Under the pieces are notes generated by a model that worked only from the letters and a program-made list of their open reading frames with translations, was not told the DNA's origin and ran no database searches. A stretch of DNA of 41,449 bases, taken from NCBI GenBank assembly GCA_013416795.1, contig RQSC01000204.1, forward strand, positions 7,592 through 49,040, read 5' to 3'. This DNA comes from Prasinococcaceae sp. CCMP 1430. Taxonomy: Eukaryota; Plantae; Prasinodermophyta. Made by a program: the position numbers and the translations under genes. Shown here piece by piece: positions 1-9,219 of this stretch; positions within the stretch are counted from its first letter, which is position 1; every line of letters starts with the position of its first letter.

Positions 1-885
1 CGCGTGCGTGGCCCGCGCCGCGCGGCCGCCACGGCCTCGCTGCCGTATGCGGCCGTCGTCGCGGGCGAGGCCAAGACCGAGTCCTTCCGCATCTTCCTCG
101 AGGCCGACGGGAAGCGCGTGTCGCCGTGGCACGGCGTGCCGCTGTACCCGAACGGCAAGGAGAACGAGGAGCTCTCCTTCATCTGCGAGATCCCCAAGGA
201 GACGCAGGCGAAGATGGAGGTCGCCACGGATGAGGCGCTCACGCCCATCAAGCAGGACACCAAGAAGGGCAAGCTCCGCGACTACCCGTACAACATCCAC
301 TGGAACTACGGCATGCTGCCGCAGACGTGGGAGGACCCGGGCCACAAGAACGAGGCCACCGACTGCTTCGGCGACAACGACCCGATGGACGTCGTCGAGA
401 TCGGGTCGGTCACCGGCGAGATGGGCGCGGTGTACACGGTGCGTTTTCGCCGGCAGCCGCAGGGCGCAGGTGGCGCGCTGTCGCGCGAGGGCGCGCTTGA
501 ATCGCGCGCGCCGTGCCGAGGCTGCGCGCGCACACGCTGACGGCCCGCGCGGAACGAACAGGTCAAGCCCCTCGGCGTGCTCGCGATGATCGACGATGGC
601 GAGATCGACTGGAAGCTGCTGGCGCTGCGCACGGACGACCCCAAGGCCGCCGCGGTGTCCACGCTCGAGGACGTCGAGCGCGAGTTCCCCGGCGAGATGG
701 ACCGCATTCGCGAGTGGTTCCGCGACTACAAGGTTCCCGACGGCAAGCCGCAGAACAAGTTCGGCCTCGACGAGAAGTGGATGCCCAAGGACTACGCCAT
801 GGGCATCGTGCGCGAGACGGCTGCGTTCTATGACGATCTCGTCAGCGGCAAGACCGAGAACTCGAAGGGCCTGTCGCTCGAGTAG
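1..885 (+). CDS. PPA: Soluble inorganic pyrophosphatase (family I, eukaryotic/plastid PPa6-like), 5'-partial, 2 exons (<1..438, 562..885)
   Basis: Motifs EIPKETQAKME, YPYNIHWNYGMLPQTWEDP, GDNDPMD and, after splicing, VKPLGVLAMIDDGEIDWK and WFRDYKVPDGKPQNKF. Intron 439..561 (GTGCGT...CTGAC...ACAG, 123 nt) restores the frame. Stop TAG 883-885. The start lies upstream of the window. Confidence 0.95.
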
Positions 886-1015
886 GCGCTGCCCTGTCCT
901 GTGCGCTCGCGTGCTCGCTGCCTCCCTCCCCAACCCCCACCGGACCCACACCCACCCGGTGACGAGGCGCGCGTGCAACGTTCGACGCCCAACCCCATTG
1001 CCATTGGCTGGCCAT

Positions 1016-1020
1016 TGTAA
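1016..1020 (+). terminator. TGTAA putative polyadenylation signal of the PPase gene
   Basis: TGTAA about 130 nt after the stop codon. UGUAA is the established chlorophyte poly(A) signal. Confidence 0.55.
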
Positions 1021-1264
1021 AAGCGCATGGTCGCCGCCGTGCTGGTGCAACGCTCCGTGGTCGCACATCTGAACGTTTGGGATGTGCGCCGCGCGCGGCG
1101 CTGTTACGGCGTGGTGGTGCAGCGCTGGACGCCGGGCGCCACAGCGCGTGCGGCGCCCGCCTGGCGGGGCGGGGGTGCGGCGGGGCGAGGGGGGTGTCAC
1201 CTCGTGTGCTCGCGAGCGCGCGTGCTTGCGAGAGCGGTTAAGGGGAGGCGGAGGGCGCCCCCCT

Positions 1265-1265
<1 letters not shown>

Positions 1266-1297
<32 letters not shown>
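1266..1297. repeat. C32 homopolymer followed by a G10 run (1309-1318), upstream of VPS34
   Basis: Read directly from the sequence. The exact length may be an assembly artefact. Confidence 0.85.
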
Positions 1298-1299
<2 letters not shown>

Positions 1300-1419
1300 C
1301 GCGCCGTTGGGGGGGGGGCGCTGGCTCCGGCGCGCGCGCTCTTTTCGACTGCCTTAGGGGGCGAGGCAGCCCGGAGAGGCGTGGCCGGGTTGGTTGGGGG
1401 AAGGCAGCGGGAGGTGACG

Positions 1420-4290
1420 ATGCTGCCCGACGATGGCGGCGGTACGGCGGCGTCCTCGGAGCTCTTCTACATGAGCTGCGAGCTCTCCGAGTCGGTGCGC
1501 GTCTACGCATCCGCGCTCGCCGCCACGCACGGCGGCGCGCTGCCCGCAACGCAAGCGCGGGAGCGGCATGCGGGTGCTGGTACCACGCGGCGCGAGCTGC
1601 TGCTGGAAGCGCACACGCGCAGCGCCGGCGGTGCGGGTGCCAGCGCCCACGATGTCGACGCAGCGCTCAGCGCATGCGATGGCCTCGCAGCTGCGGCAGC
1701 GCTCTCTGCGCGCACGCACGCAACGCCGTGGGAGCATTCAGCGAGCGGGGGCACGAACGGCGGGGGGACAGCTGGCACGCCGCAGCGACTCGTGGGCAGC
1801 GAGCACGTGGGGCCCTACCTCGCGTCGTGGAACGAGTGGCTGCCGCAAGGGGTGAAGTATCGCGACCTTCCGTCCGATGCCGAGGTCGTCTTTACGCTGC
1901 GCGACGCCGCAGCGGCCGCAGACTTGCCCCCGCTCGCGGCTGCGCGCCTCCCGCTGTTCACGCGCGATGGGCTGCTGCGCGAGGGATGGTTCACTGTCGC
2001 GATGGAGCCGCTCGCGGCGAAGGGCGCTGCAGCACCTGGCAGCGCGCACGCCGGCCGGGCCCCTGATGGCAACGGGCTGTCCGCTTCGTGCGGTCTCGCA
2101 CAGGCGCCAGGCTCAGAGGCCGCGCGCGTGGAGCGGCTTGTGCGCCGGTACGAGCGCGGCGCAGTCGCGCATGTGCCTTGGCTCGACAGCCTGACCTTTG
2201 GAGCCCTTGCGGAGGCCAACACGAATGCGATGCGACGAGAGGCCGACGAGGCCGAGCTTGCGGTCGTAGGAGGATCCACCGACGATGGCGGTGCCTCTCA
2301 TCCGACGCTGTCGCTGCTCGTTGAGCTGCCACGCTTCACGCATCGCGTTGTGTGGGACGAGCGCGAGGACCAGGAGGTTCTTGTGCATGGTGCGAGCACC
2401 GCAGCACTTGGCGTCGCCGCCGGTGTGCTCACTACGACGTGTTCGGCGGTGGGCGCAGTTGTTGACCCTGAAATCTCACGTGAGTCGCCTGCGGAGCTCA
2501 AGCAGATCAAATTAGCGCGAGGCCTCACGCGCATGGTGCTCGACACGGCGGCGAAGCCGGACAGCTCGCAGCGCCGCGCGATTGACCGGGTGCTGCGCAA
2601 GCCTCCCTCGGCACCTCTCTCCACTGGCGAGCGCCAGATGCTCTGGCGTTTCCGCCACTCGCTGCAGTCCGACCCTGCCGCGCTGTCGAAGTTTCTTCGC
2701 GTAGTCGACTGGGGCGATGCCGCCGAGCGGCGCCAGGCGGTGGCGCTCCTGCACGACTGGGCGCCGCTGGCCCCAGCCGCCGCGCTCGAGCTGCTCAGCG
2801 CAGACTTCACCGCCATGCCCGAGGCGCGCGAACACGCGGTGCAGGCGCTTGATGCAGCCGACGATGAGGAGCTTCTTTCTTACCTGCTGCCGCTTGTACA
2901 CGCGCTGCGCTACGAGCGCGAGCAAGAGAGCGCCCTCGCGCGCTTCCTCGTGCGGCGCTCATCGCAGTCGTTCGTTCTCGCAAATTTCCTGCATTGGTAT
3001 CTCTTCGTCGAGTTCGAGGACAAGGTGTATGCGACACGGTTTCACGCCGTGCACGAGGCCTTCATCGACGCGCTTAAGGGCGTCCAAGGCGAGGACGCGT
3101 GGGAGTGTATCTGCCAGCAGTCGCAGCTGCTCGCTCAGCTTGGCGCGGTGTCTAAGAGCCTCAAGGTCGTGGGGAGCAATGTGAAGAAGAAGGAACGCTT
3201 GCACGCCATGCTCGACGCCACAGGTGACTTCAGCGAGCTCGCGCGCTTCGAGACCCCGCTGCCGCTGCCACACGACCCCCGCGTGTTGGTGGCAGGCGTC
3301 GTGCCCGCCGAGTGTTCGGTCTTCAAGAGCGCGCTCTCGCCGCTGCGGGTGACGTTCCTGCGTGCAGGGATTACTGACGCTGAGATGCAGCGGGCGGGCT
3401 ACGTGGGTGCGGGCGGTGTTCAAGACGGTCATGCGCGCGCGGAGACGGCGGAGGACGGCGACGGCGAGGCAAGAGAGGATGGCGCCGACCCGTCGCCCCC
3501 GCCACCTGTGCCGCGTGTGACGTGCATATACAAGCGCGAGGACGACCTTCGGCAGGATCAGCTGGTCATCCAGATGATCCGTCTGATGGACAAATTGCTC
3601 AAGGCAGAGAACCTCGACCTGAGACTCACCCTGTATTCGGTGGTGGCCACCAGCCGCGACGAGGGGCTGCTCGAGTTTGTGCCCTCGCGAAACTTCTCGC
3701 ACGTGCTTGCCGAGTACAAGAACGTGCTCTCCTTCTTCCGCGCGTGCGCGCCCGACCCCTCGGGCCCCCACGGCTGCGCGCATCGCGTGATCGACACATA
3801 CGTTCGCTCGTGCGCGGGCTACTGCGTGATCACATACATTCTCGGCGTGGGCGACCGACACCTGGACAACCTCATGCTGACGCCCGAGGGCTCGCTCTTC
3901 CACATCGACTTCGGCTACATTCTTGGAAAGGATCCCAAGCCTTTCCCGCCGCCGATGAAGCTCAATAAGGAGATGGTGGAGGGTATGGGCGGCATTAAAG
4001 ATGAGTGGTTCAGCGCCTTCAAAAACTACTGCGTCGAGGCTTACAACATCCTCCGCCGCCACGGCAACCTCGTCCTCAACCTCTTCCACCTCATGGCGGG
4101 CGCAAACATACCCGACATCGCGAGCGACCCCGAGAAGGTACTGCTGCAGCTGCAGGAGAAGTTCCGAATGGATCTGGACGATGAGGCCGCCGTGCAGTTC
4201 TTCCAGGAGCTCATCGTCGAGTCTATGAGCGGACTCTTCCCTTCTTTCTTCGAGGCCACGCACAAGGTCGCGCAGGCGTTCCGCTCGTAG
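1420..4290 (+). CDS. VPS34: Class III phosphatidylinositol 3-kinase VPS34 (C2, helical PIK and kinase domains), apparently intronless
   Basis: Motifs FYMSCEL (C2 start), DPEISRESPAELKQIKLAR, ANFLHWYL, VFKSALSPL, YKREDDLRQDQLVIQMIRLMD, YILGVGDRHLDN, HIDFGYILGKDPKPFPPPMKL. First plausible ATG at 1420 in ORF 1027..4290. Confidence 0.96.
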   Translation: MLPDDGGGTAASSELFYMSCELSESVRVYASALAATHGGALPATQARERHAGAGTTRRELLLEAHTRSAGGAGASAHDVDAALSACDGLAAAAALSARTHATPWEHSASGGTNGGGTAGTPQRLVGSEHVGPYLASWNEWLPQGVKYRDLPSDAEVVFTLRDAAAAADLPPLAAARLPLFTRDGLLREGWFTVAMEPLAAKGAAAPGSAHAGRAPDGNGLSASCGLAQAPGSEAARVERLVRRYERGAVAHVPWLDSLTFGALAEANTNAMRREADEAELAVVGGSTDDGGASHPTLSLLVELPRFTHRVVWDEREDQEVLVHGASTAALGVAAGVLTTTCSAVGAVVDPEISRESPAELKQIKLARGLTRMVLDTAAKPDSSQRRAIDRVLRKPPSAPLSTGERQMLWRFRHSLQSDPAALSKFLRVVDWGDAAERRQAVALLHDWAPLAPAAALELLSADFTAMPEAREHAVQALDAADDEELLSYLLPLVHALRYEREQESALARFLVRRSSQSFVLANFLHWYLFVEFEDKVYATRFHAVHEAFIDALKGVQGEDAWECICQQSQLLAQLGAVSKSLKVVGSNVKKKERLHAMLDATGDFSELARFETPLPLPHDPRVLVAGVVPAECSVFKSALSPLRVTFLRAGITDAEMQRAGYVGAGGVQDGHARAETAEDGDGEAREDGADPSPPPPVPRVTCIYKREDDLRQDQLVIQMIRLMDKLLKAENLDLRLTLYSVVATSRDEGLLEFVPSRNFSHVLAEYKNVLSFFRACAPDPSGPHGCAHRVIDTYVRSCAGYCVITYILGVGDRHLDNLMLTPEGSLFHIDFGYILGKDPKPFPPPMKLNKEMVEGMGGIKDEWFSAFKNYCVEAYNILRRHGNLVLNLFHLMAGANIPDIASDPEKVLLQLQEKFRMDLDDEAAVQFFQELIVESMSGLFPSFFEATHKVAQAFRS

Positions 4291-4352
4291 GGGCCGGGAA
4301 GAAAACTGTATGTCGAAGTATTATGTACATGCGCTCACTTCGGGCTTGCGCG

Positions 4353-5152
4353 CTAGTGCCCCCCGCGAGTCGCGGGCGCGCTTGCGCGCATTGGCGCCTC
4401 ATTTGCGGGTGGCCCGTCCGAGTCCGAACCGCTTCCGCTCTCGCTCTCGCTCTCGCTCTCACTATCGCTCTCGCTATCGCTATCGCTATCGCTCTCGTCG
4501 CCACTGTCGTTCTCGTCGCTGCTGCTGAAGTATTCTGTTTGATGGGCCGGCAATGGCGACCGTCAGGGCTCCGCCGGGGCGCAGCTTTATCTAAGCACGC
4601 GCGCGTGTTGATATGAGGGGGTCGCGTGTGGGGCTACGCGCGCGTACCGTTTGCAACCTTCTCGCGAAGGAGCAGCTGGAATTGGTGCACCATGGGGTCG
4701 TCGCCACCACCCGCCGCCTGCATCGCTCCGCAAAGCTCGAGTGCATCTGCCCAGCGCTCTGAGCGCAAAGCTGACGCGAGGCGAACGCGCAGGGCGACGA
4801 GGACGGTGATCGCCGACTGGCGCGCCTCGTGCTTTGCACGCGCAGCGGCGCCAAAGGAGACGCCCTCTGCGCGCGCGACGAGGCACACAGCACGCGGCAC
4901 AAACAAGCGTCAGTACGGGCGGGCGGGCGCGAGGGCCGCTTCGCTCCTCAGCCGCAGCGCAGCAGCTTGAGAGCGGAGGGCTTAGTCGCGCGCACCTGTG
5001 CTGGCAGCCGCTACCACCGCTTCCCGACCCTCTCCCTCGCCTCCGCTCCTGCCCTTGGTCGCCGCCTGCGCGTCGCGGTGCTCGAGGTTGAGCCGCGCGA
5101 GCTCGCCGATGAGCTCGTCCGCACCCCCTGGCGCATCCCCTCCGGCGGCCAT
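4353..5152 (-). CDS. Small 3-exon protein (185 aa): helical core plus acidic Ser/Asp/Glu tail, ERICH2-like; exons 5152..4996, 4866..4648, 4534..4353
   Basis: Introns 4995..4867 (GTGCGC...ACTGAC...GCAG) and 4647..4535 (GTACGC...CTGAC...ACAG) join three ORF pieces in phase. The core LASALRSERWADALELCGAMQ...MVHQFQLLLREKV followed by SDENDSGDESDSDS resembles, from memory, the ERICH2 family architecture. Confidence 0.65.
4430..4500. repeat. Coding hexanucleotide repeat (TCGCTC/TCGCTA)n encoding the Ser-Glu/Ser-Asp tract on the minus strand
   Basis: About 10 tandem 6-nt units are visible. Confidence 0.85.
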
Positions 5153-5628
5153 CAAGCGCGCGGCAGGGCGTAGGGAGGGCGGACGATGAGAGCAACGGGG
5201 GTGGGGACGCGCGCGCGCTCCCCAGCGCGCCCCCCCGGGTGCGCGTTGGGCGCGCGCCCTGTGGTCGCCGCCGTCGCAGCTCCTCGCGCACCTCCGCACA
5301 CGCACCGCGCGGCAGAACGGGATGACATCCATTGCTCTCCCGTGGCTTTTTGTGATGTCATTATGAAATATATTGTCTAGACTGTGAACCACGCCCAGCG
5401 GTCCGGTTCCCCGAGCGGCGGCGGTCAACGTGTGCGCGCGCGCCGACGATGCGCGCAGCACGGGGACGACGGCGCGCGGCACACCGCGCGCGGTGAGCGA
5501 GAGCGGGGGGCGGCCGGCGGCCGCGCACCCCTCCGCTCGGCCCGAGCGCGTCCGAGCGCTCGCGCGTGCTCGCGCGCGAGCGGCAGACCGGTCCAGGCTG
5601 CGCTGGCGTGTGTGCCTGCCGATCTCCA

Positions 5629-7872
5629 ATGGCGACCGCGGAGCTCATGGCGCAGCTGGAGAGGGCGGCTTCGGCGGGCGGCGGTGAGGGGCTCGACATG
5701 GGGGCGCTAGCTGCCGCGTTTGGAGGTGCAAGCGGGCAGGGCGCCGGCACCAGTGTTGGCGCTGCCGTGGCAGGTCCTACCGCCGAGCCGCTCACCGCGC
5801 CCGAGGCGGATCGCATCGTTGAGGCGCTGTGCGAGTTTGGTCTCGGCGATGTCGCCGGGACGCAGTGGCAGCGTCAGCGCGAAGCCGTGGAACGGCTCAA
5901 CATTCAGGCACATCAGAACGTCGCTGCGCACTCCGACGACTTTGTCACTGCCGCGCTCATCAGCCACGGCAAGGTGCGCGCGCCACACGCCTAGGAGACG
6001 GGGACTGACACAGTGGGAGTGTGCTGGCGAGCTCGAGGGTGCGCTACTCTCGCGCGCTGACCCCGCGCGCCGTCCGCGATCGCACGCGATACGCAGATCT
6101 CCGTGTTGGTGCACGAGCTGCTATGCGTCGAGATCTGGCGCGAGCGCGTGTTGCCACTGCTGCGCGACACCGTATACGACTCGACGATTGGCTCCACTGC
6201 GCTCTACTGGGTGCTATACCACGAGCAGAGCCTCGTGAATCTGCTCGAGGTGGCCCTCTTCCACCGTGAGGGCTGCGAGTGCGCCGGCGACGACGCCCTG
6301 CTCGAACTCACCGACTACTGCCACCGCCGCTTGGTCTATCTCAACGCGAGCGCGGCGGCCGACGTCGCACACGTTGAGCGCAGCGCTGCCGACATGCTGG
6401 CGCGCTCCGGGCGAGAAGAGTTTGGCGACAAGCGCGCGCAGCTCGCGTTCGGATGCGCCACGTGCGCGCTGACGGTGCTGCGTTACCTCAGCGACTACAT
6501 GGAGGATCTGCCGCCATGTGTGGCCGCACGGCTGCTCGACACGGCCGATGCGCCGATGGAGCTCGTACCACTGCTCGATGAGAGGCCCTGGGTGCGGCAC
6601 CGGCGGATGCCCCCGCCCAAGGATGAAAAGGGCTCAGAGAGAGACAAGGCCAAGCCAAAGAAGAGCAAGGGCGAGATGGTCACTGAGGTGTTCGTGGAGG
6701 GCGCGTGGCGCCTACAGCCGCGCTCGGAGCGGCTGCGCCTGACGTCGCAGGACGCGCAGGTGTGGTTGGCGATCTACAACCTCGTGATGACGCCCTGTGC
6801 GCGCGCCAAGTACGACTGGAACGACCGCCGCAAGGAGATGCTCACGCGCACACGCCGCCACTTCAATGAAGTGCTCTTCGACCAGCTGCCGCTTTTGCAG
6901 GACCTCGCGCGGCTCGTTGAAGAGATTGAGCTCGGCGCGGCCAATCAGCAGGCGGACTCTGCCAGCGGCCGGCTCGTGATGGAGCAGGTGCCCGTCATCC
7001 GCGAGGCGCTCGAGGCGGAGTGGAAGGGCCGCTGGCAGACGCTAGCAGACGCCGCCTCTGCCGGTGCGCTCGCCGACTCGCCCGCAAACCGCGCCGCCGC
7101 ACGCGGGCAGGCGGAGGCGATGCTGCGCAACTTCGATATGCTAGAGCTCCTTGAAGAGACGATGGCGAGGACGAACGCCAGCGGCGCGCCCGAGCGCGCC
7201 AAGGGCGCCGAAGGCAGCGATGGCAAGGAGGCGCGCGGCAACGGTCCGGTGGATACCGAGGGCGGCGACGGCAATGGTGCAGCCTCTACCTCTGGCACAA
7301 CCACCTCAGAGGCAGCGGAGCGGCAGCGCCCTGCTGGCGTTCGCCTCGTGGTCCGCCGGCCGCGACGAAGCAAGAGCAGCGGCGACAGTGCACTCACGGA
7401 GGAGTGGTACGCGTACGAGCTGGCGGTGGATACCGCCAAGGCGCTGGAGGAAGTGGAGATCGCCGATGAGGGCGCCGGACTGAGCGCGCGCGGAGTGCGA
7501 CGGCGGCTGCTGCCGCCAGCGCGCGCGCGCGCCTCCGAGGGCGGCCGCGAGGCGCCACCCCTACCTTTCGACGCACACGCGCACGTCGAGTACCGCGGGC
7601 GAAGCGCCGATGCCAAGCTCGAGCTACCCAAGTTCGCTTCGCTCGACGTCAGCAGCTCGGACGCCGACGCTACCATCGACGCGTCGGGCGCGAGCTCCCT
7701 GCCCAAGTCACTATGGGTGACGGTCGGACTGCTGGCCACCGATGGTCTCGCCGTGCAGCTCAAGCTCAAGCGCGCCAAGCGTGTGCGCGCAGCGCACTGC
7801 GACGCTGCATCGGGCGAGCTCTACCTGTACGAGGTCGCGGGCGGCGCGGTGACGGCGCTCATCAAAAAATGA
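5629..7872 (+). CDS. ZMYND10: ZMYND10/BLU-like axonemal dynein assembly factor, 2 exons (5629..5973, 6097..7872), lacking the C-terminal MYND finger
   Basis: Motifs ERLNIQAHQN...DDFV, LVHELLCVEIWRERVLPLL, YWVLYHEQSLVNLLEVALFH, DDALLELTDYCHRRL, LLDTADAPMELVPLLDERPW, QVWLAIYNLV and EVLFDQLPLLQDL are the ZMYND10 N-terminal signatures. Intron 5974..6096 (GTGCGC...CTGAC...GCAG). Confidence 0.88.
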
Positions 7873-7993
7873 CTGAAATAATATACACGCTACACCCGCA
7901 GGAGCGCGCTGGCGCGCAACGCCCCGCCCTCCGTAGGCCACGCCCACTCAACCAACGCCGAGCCCGACCTAGCCAGCCAGCTGGCTAGAGACC

Positions 7994-8611
7994 CTATTCC
8001 TCATGGAAGATGGGATGGCCCAGTGTCTCTGCCACCATGGCGGGGCCCTCCGCGTCCCTACCCTCCACCTCGCAGCGCAGCGCGAAGCGTAGCTTTGCTG
8101 GGTACTTGCCCTGGGCATTGCAGGGCAGGAGCGTCGCGCCGATGAGCGAGACGGCGGCGCGTATGCGCGCCCCCACCGGCACCGGCCGGAGGAAGCGCAC
8201 GTGGTCGACGCCGTAGTTCAAGTTGTACGCCACGTCCGGCATGGGCGCGAGCTCGCCCGCGTCGCGCGTGAGGAGGCATAGGGTCAGGTAACCGTGGGCA
8301 ATAGGCCAGGGCAACGGCGAGCCGCGCTCGACCGCGTCGGCCCGGTGTATGAATTGCGGGTCGTCCGTCGCGTCCGCGAAGGCGTCGACACGCTCTTGTG
8401 TCACGTGCCGCCATGGCGTTACGCCAAGCGGCACGGCGTCCGATGTCGGCGCGCGATCGCCGGGCAGCGCCGCCCCCTGGACCAGCCGCTCGAGGGTCGC
8501 CCGCCGCGACCTCCCGAGCGATGCGTCGCCGCCTGCCGTTGAGCAGGCGACGTGCGCCGCCACGCGCGCCGCTCAGGATGTGGAAGTCGACTTGGACGTT
8601 GGTCTCGACAT
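7994..8611 (-). CDS. MaoC/NodN-like (R)-specific enoyl-CoA hydratase-fold dehydratase; 5' end unresolved (in-frame TGA at 8575-8573 between ATG 8611 and the domain)
   Basis: Motifs WRHVTQERVDAFADATDDPQFIH, IAHGYLTLCLL, LNYGVDHVRFLRPVPVGARIR and PAMVAE form a hot-dog-fold hydratase signature. Confidence 0.85.
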
Positions 8612-9219
8612 CGTGGGGGGCCGGCGCCGCTCGCCAGCGGCGCCCCGGCTGCGTCCGCGCTGCCCGCGCACACGCGCGCGCCGCAAAGGGTTCCAATTCG
8701 TTACCCTAAACATAACCCGAATGCTCCGCTCCTTTTCGTAACGCCAACACAAAGCGGTGGAGCAAATCTGAAGCGGCAGTACGGCTTGCGGATTTGGCTA
8801 CGCTTGCAGATAAAAATCGAGTTCATTTTGACCTCTAAAAATGGGGCTGCGGTGCGAAATCCGCATCACCTCCTGTTTTCGGTTGGGCCATATCTGCGCC
8901 ACGCGAGCGTATCCAGCGTCGTGGCGCGCGCTGTGCCGTCATCTCGCACCAAACGAACGTCCTGCGGCGCCAGGAGTGACCGCGGCCAGGTGCGGATAGA
9001 TTCGCGCCGCGGCGCGGAGGAGGGGGGGGCCGGGCCGGCCGGTGGGTTGGGAGTTGCGACTTGTTTGACGCGGCCGGGGCGGGGGGGGGCGTTGTGAGAG
9101 GGGGCGTGCCGCGCCGGCGGCGGCGGGCGCGGGCGTGCCGAGCCACAGACCGCACGGCACGTGCTGGCGTCGGCGGTCGGCATCCGCGCAGGGATAGCGA
9201 GGGCGGCCAAGGCCAAGCA

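Noticed and set aside
1027-1419. N-terminal extension of the VPS34 ORF
   Set aside because: It runs through poly-C and poly-G tracts, has no ATG and no homology; it is most likely 5' UTR or promoter.
2959-4263. Long antisense ORFs overlapping real genes (for example 2959..4263, 10855..12351, 20968..22149, 27092..28708, 31688..32854, 35366..36367)
   Set aside because: These are shadow ORFs expected from high GC3 codon bias on the opposite strand; they show no recognisable motifs.
4966-4995. Possible 30-nt micro-intron (GTGCGC...ACTAAG...TCAAG) in the ERICH2-like gene
   Set aside because: Using this acceptor gives a stop after about 20 codons. The downstream acceptor at 4867 has its own branch point and restores a continuous protein.
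439-6096. Two introns of identical length (123 nt; 439..561 and 5974..6096) as possible Introner elements
   Set aside because: Their internal sequences are not similar beyond the splice and branch signals, and no repeated intron family is visible in this window.
8573-8575. TGA upstream of the MaoC domain as selenocysteine
   Set aside because: It lies in a low-complexity leader rather than a redox motif, MaoC hydratases are not known selenoproteins, and I could not identify a SECIS element in the short 3' region.
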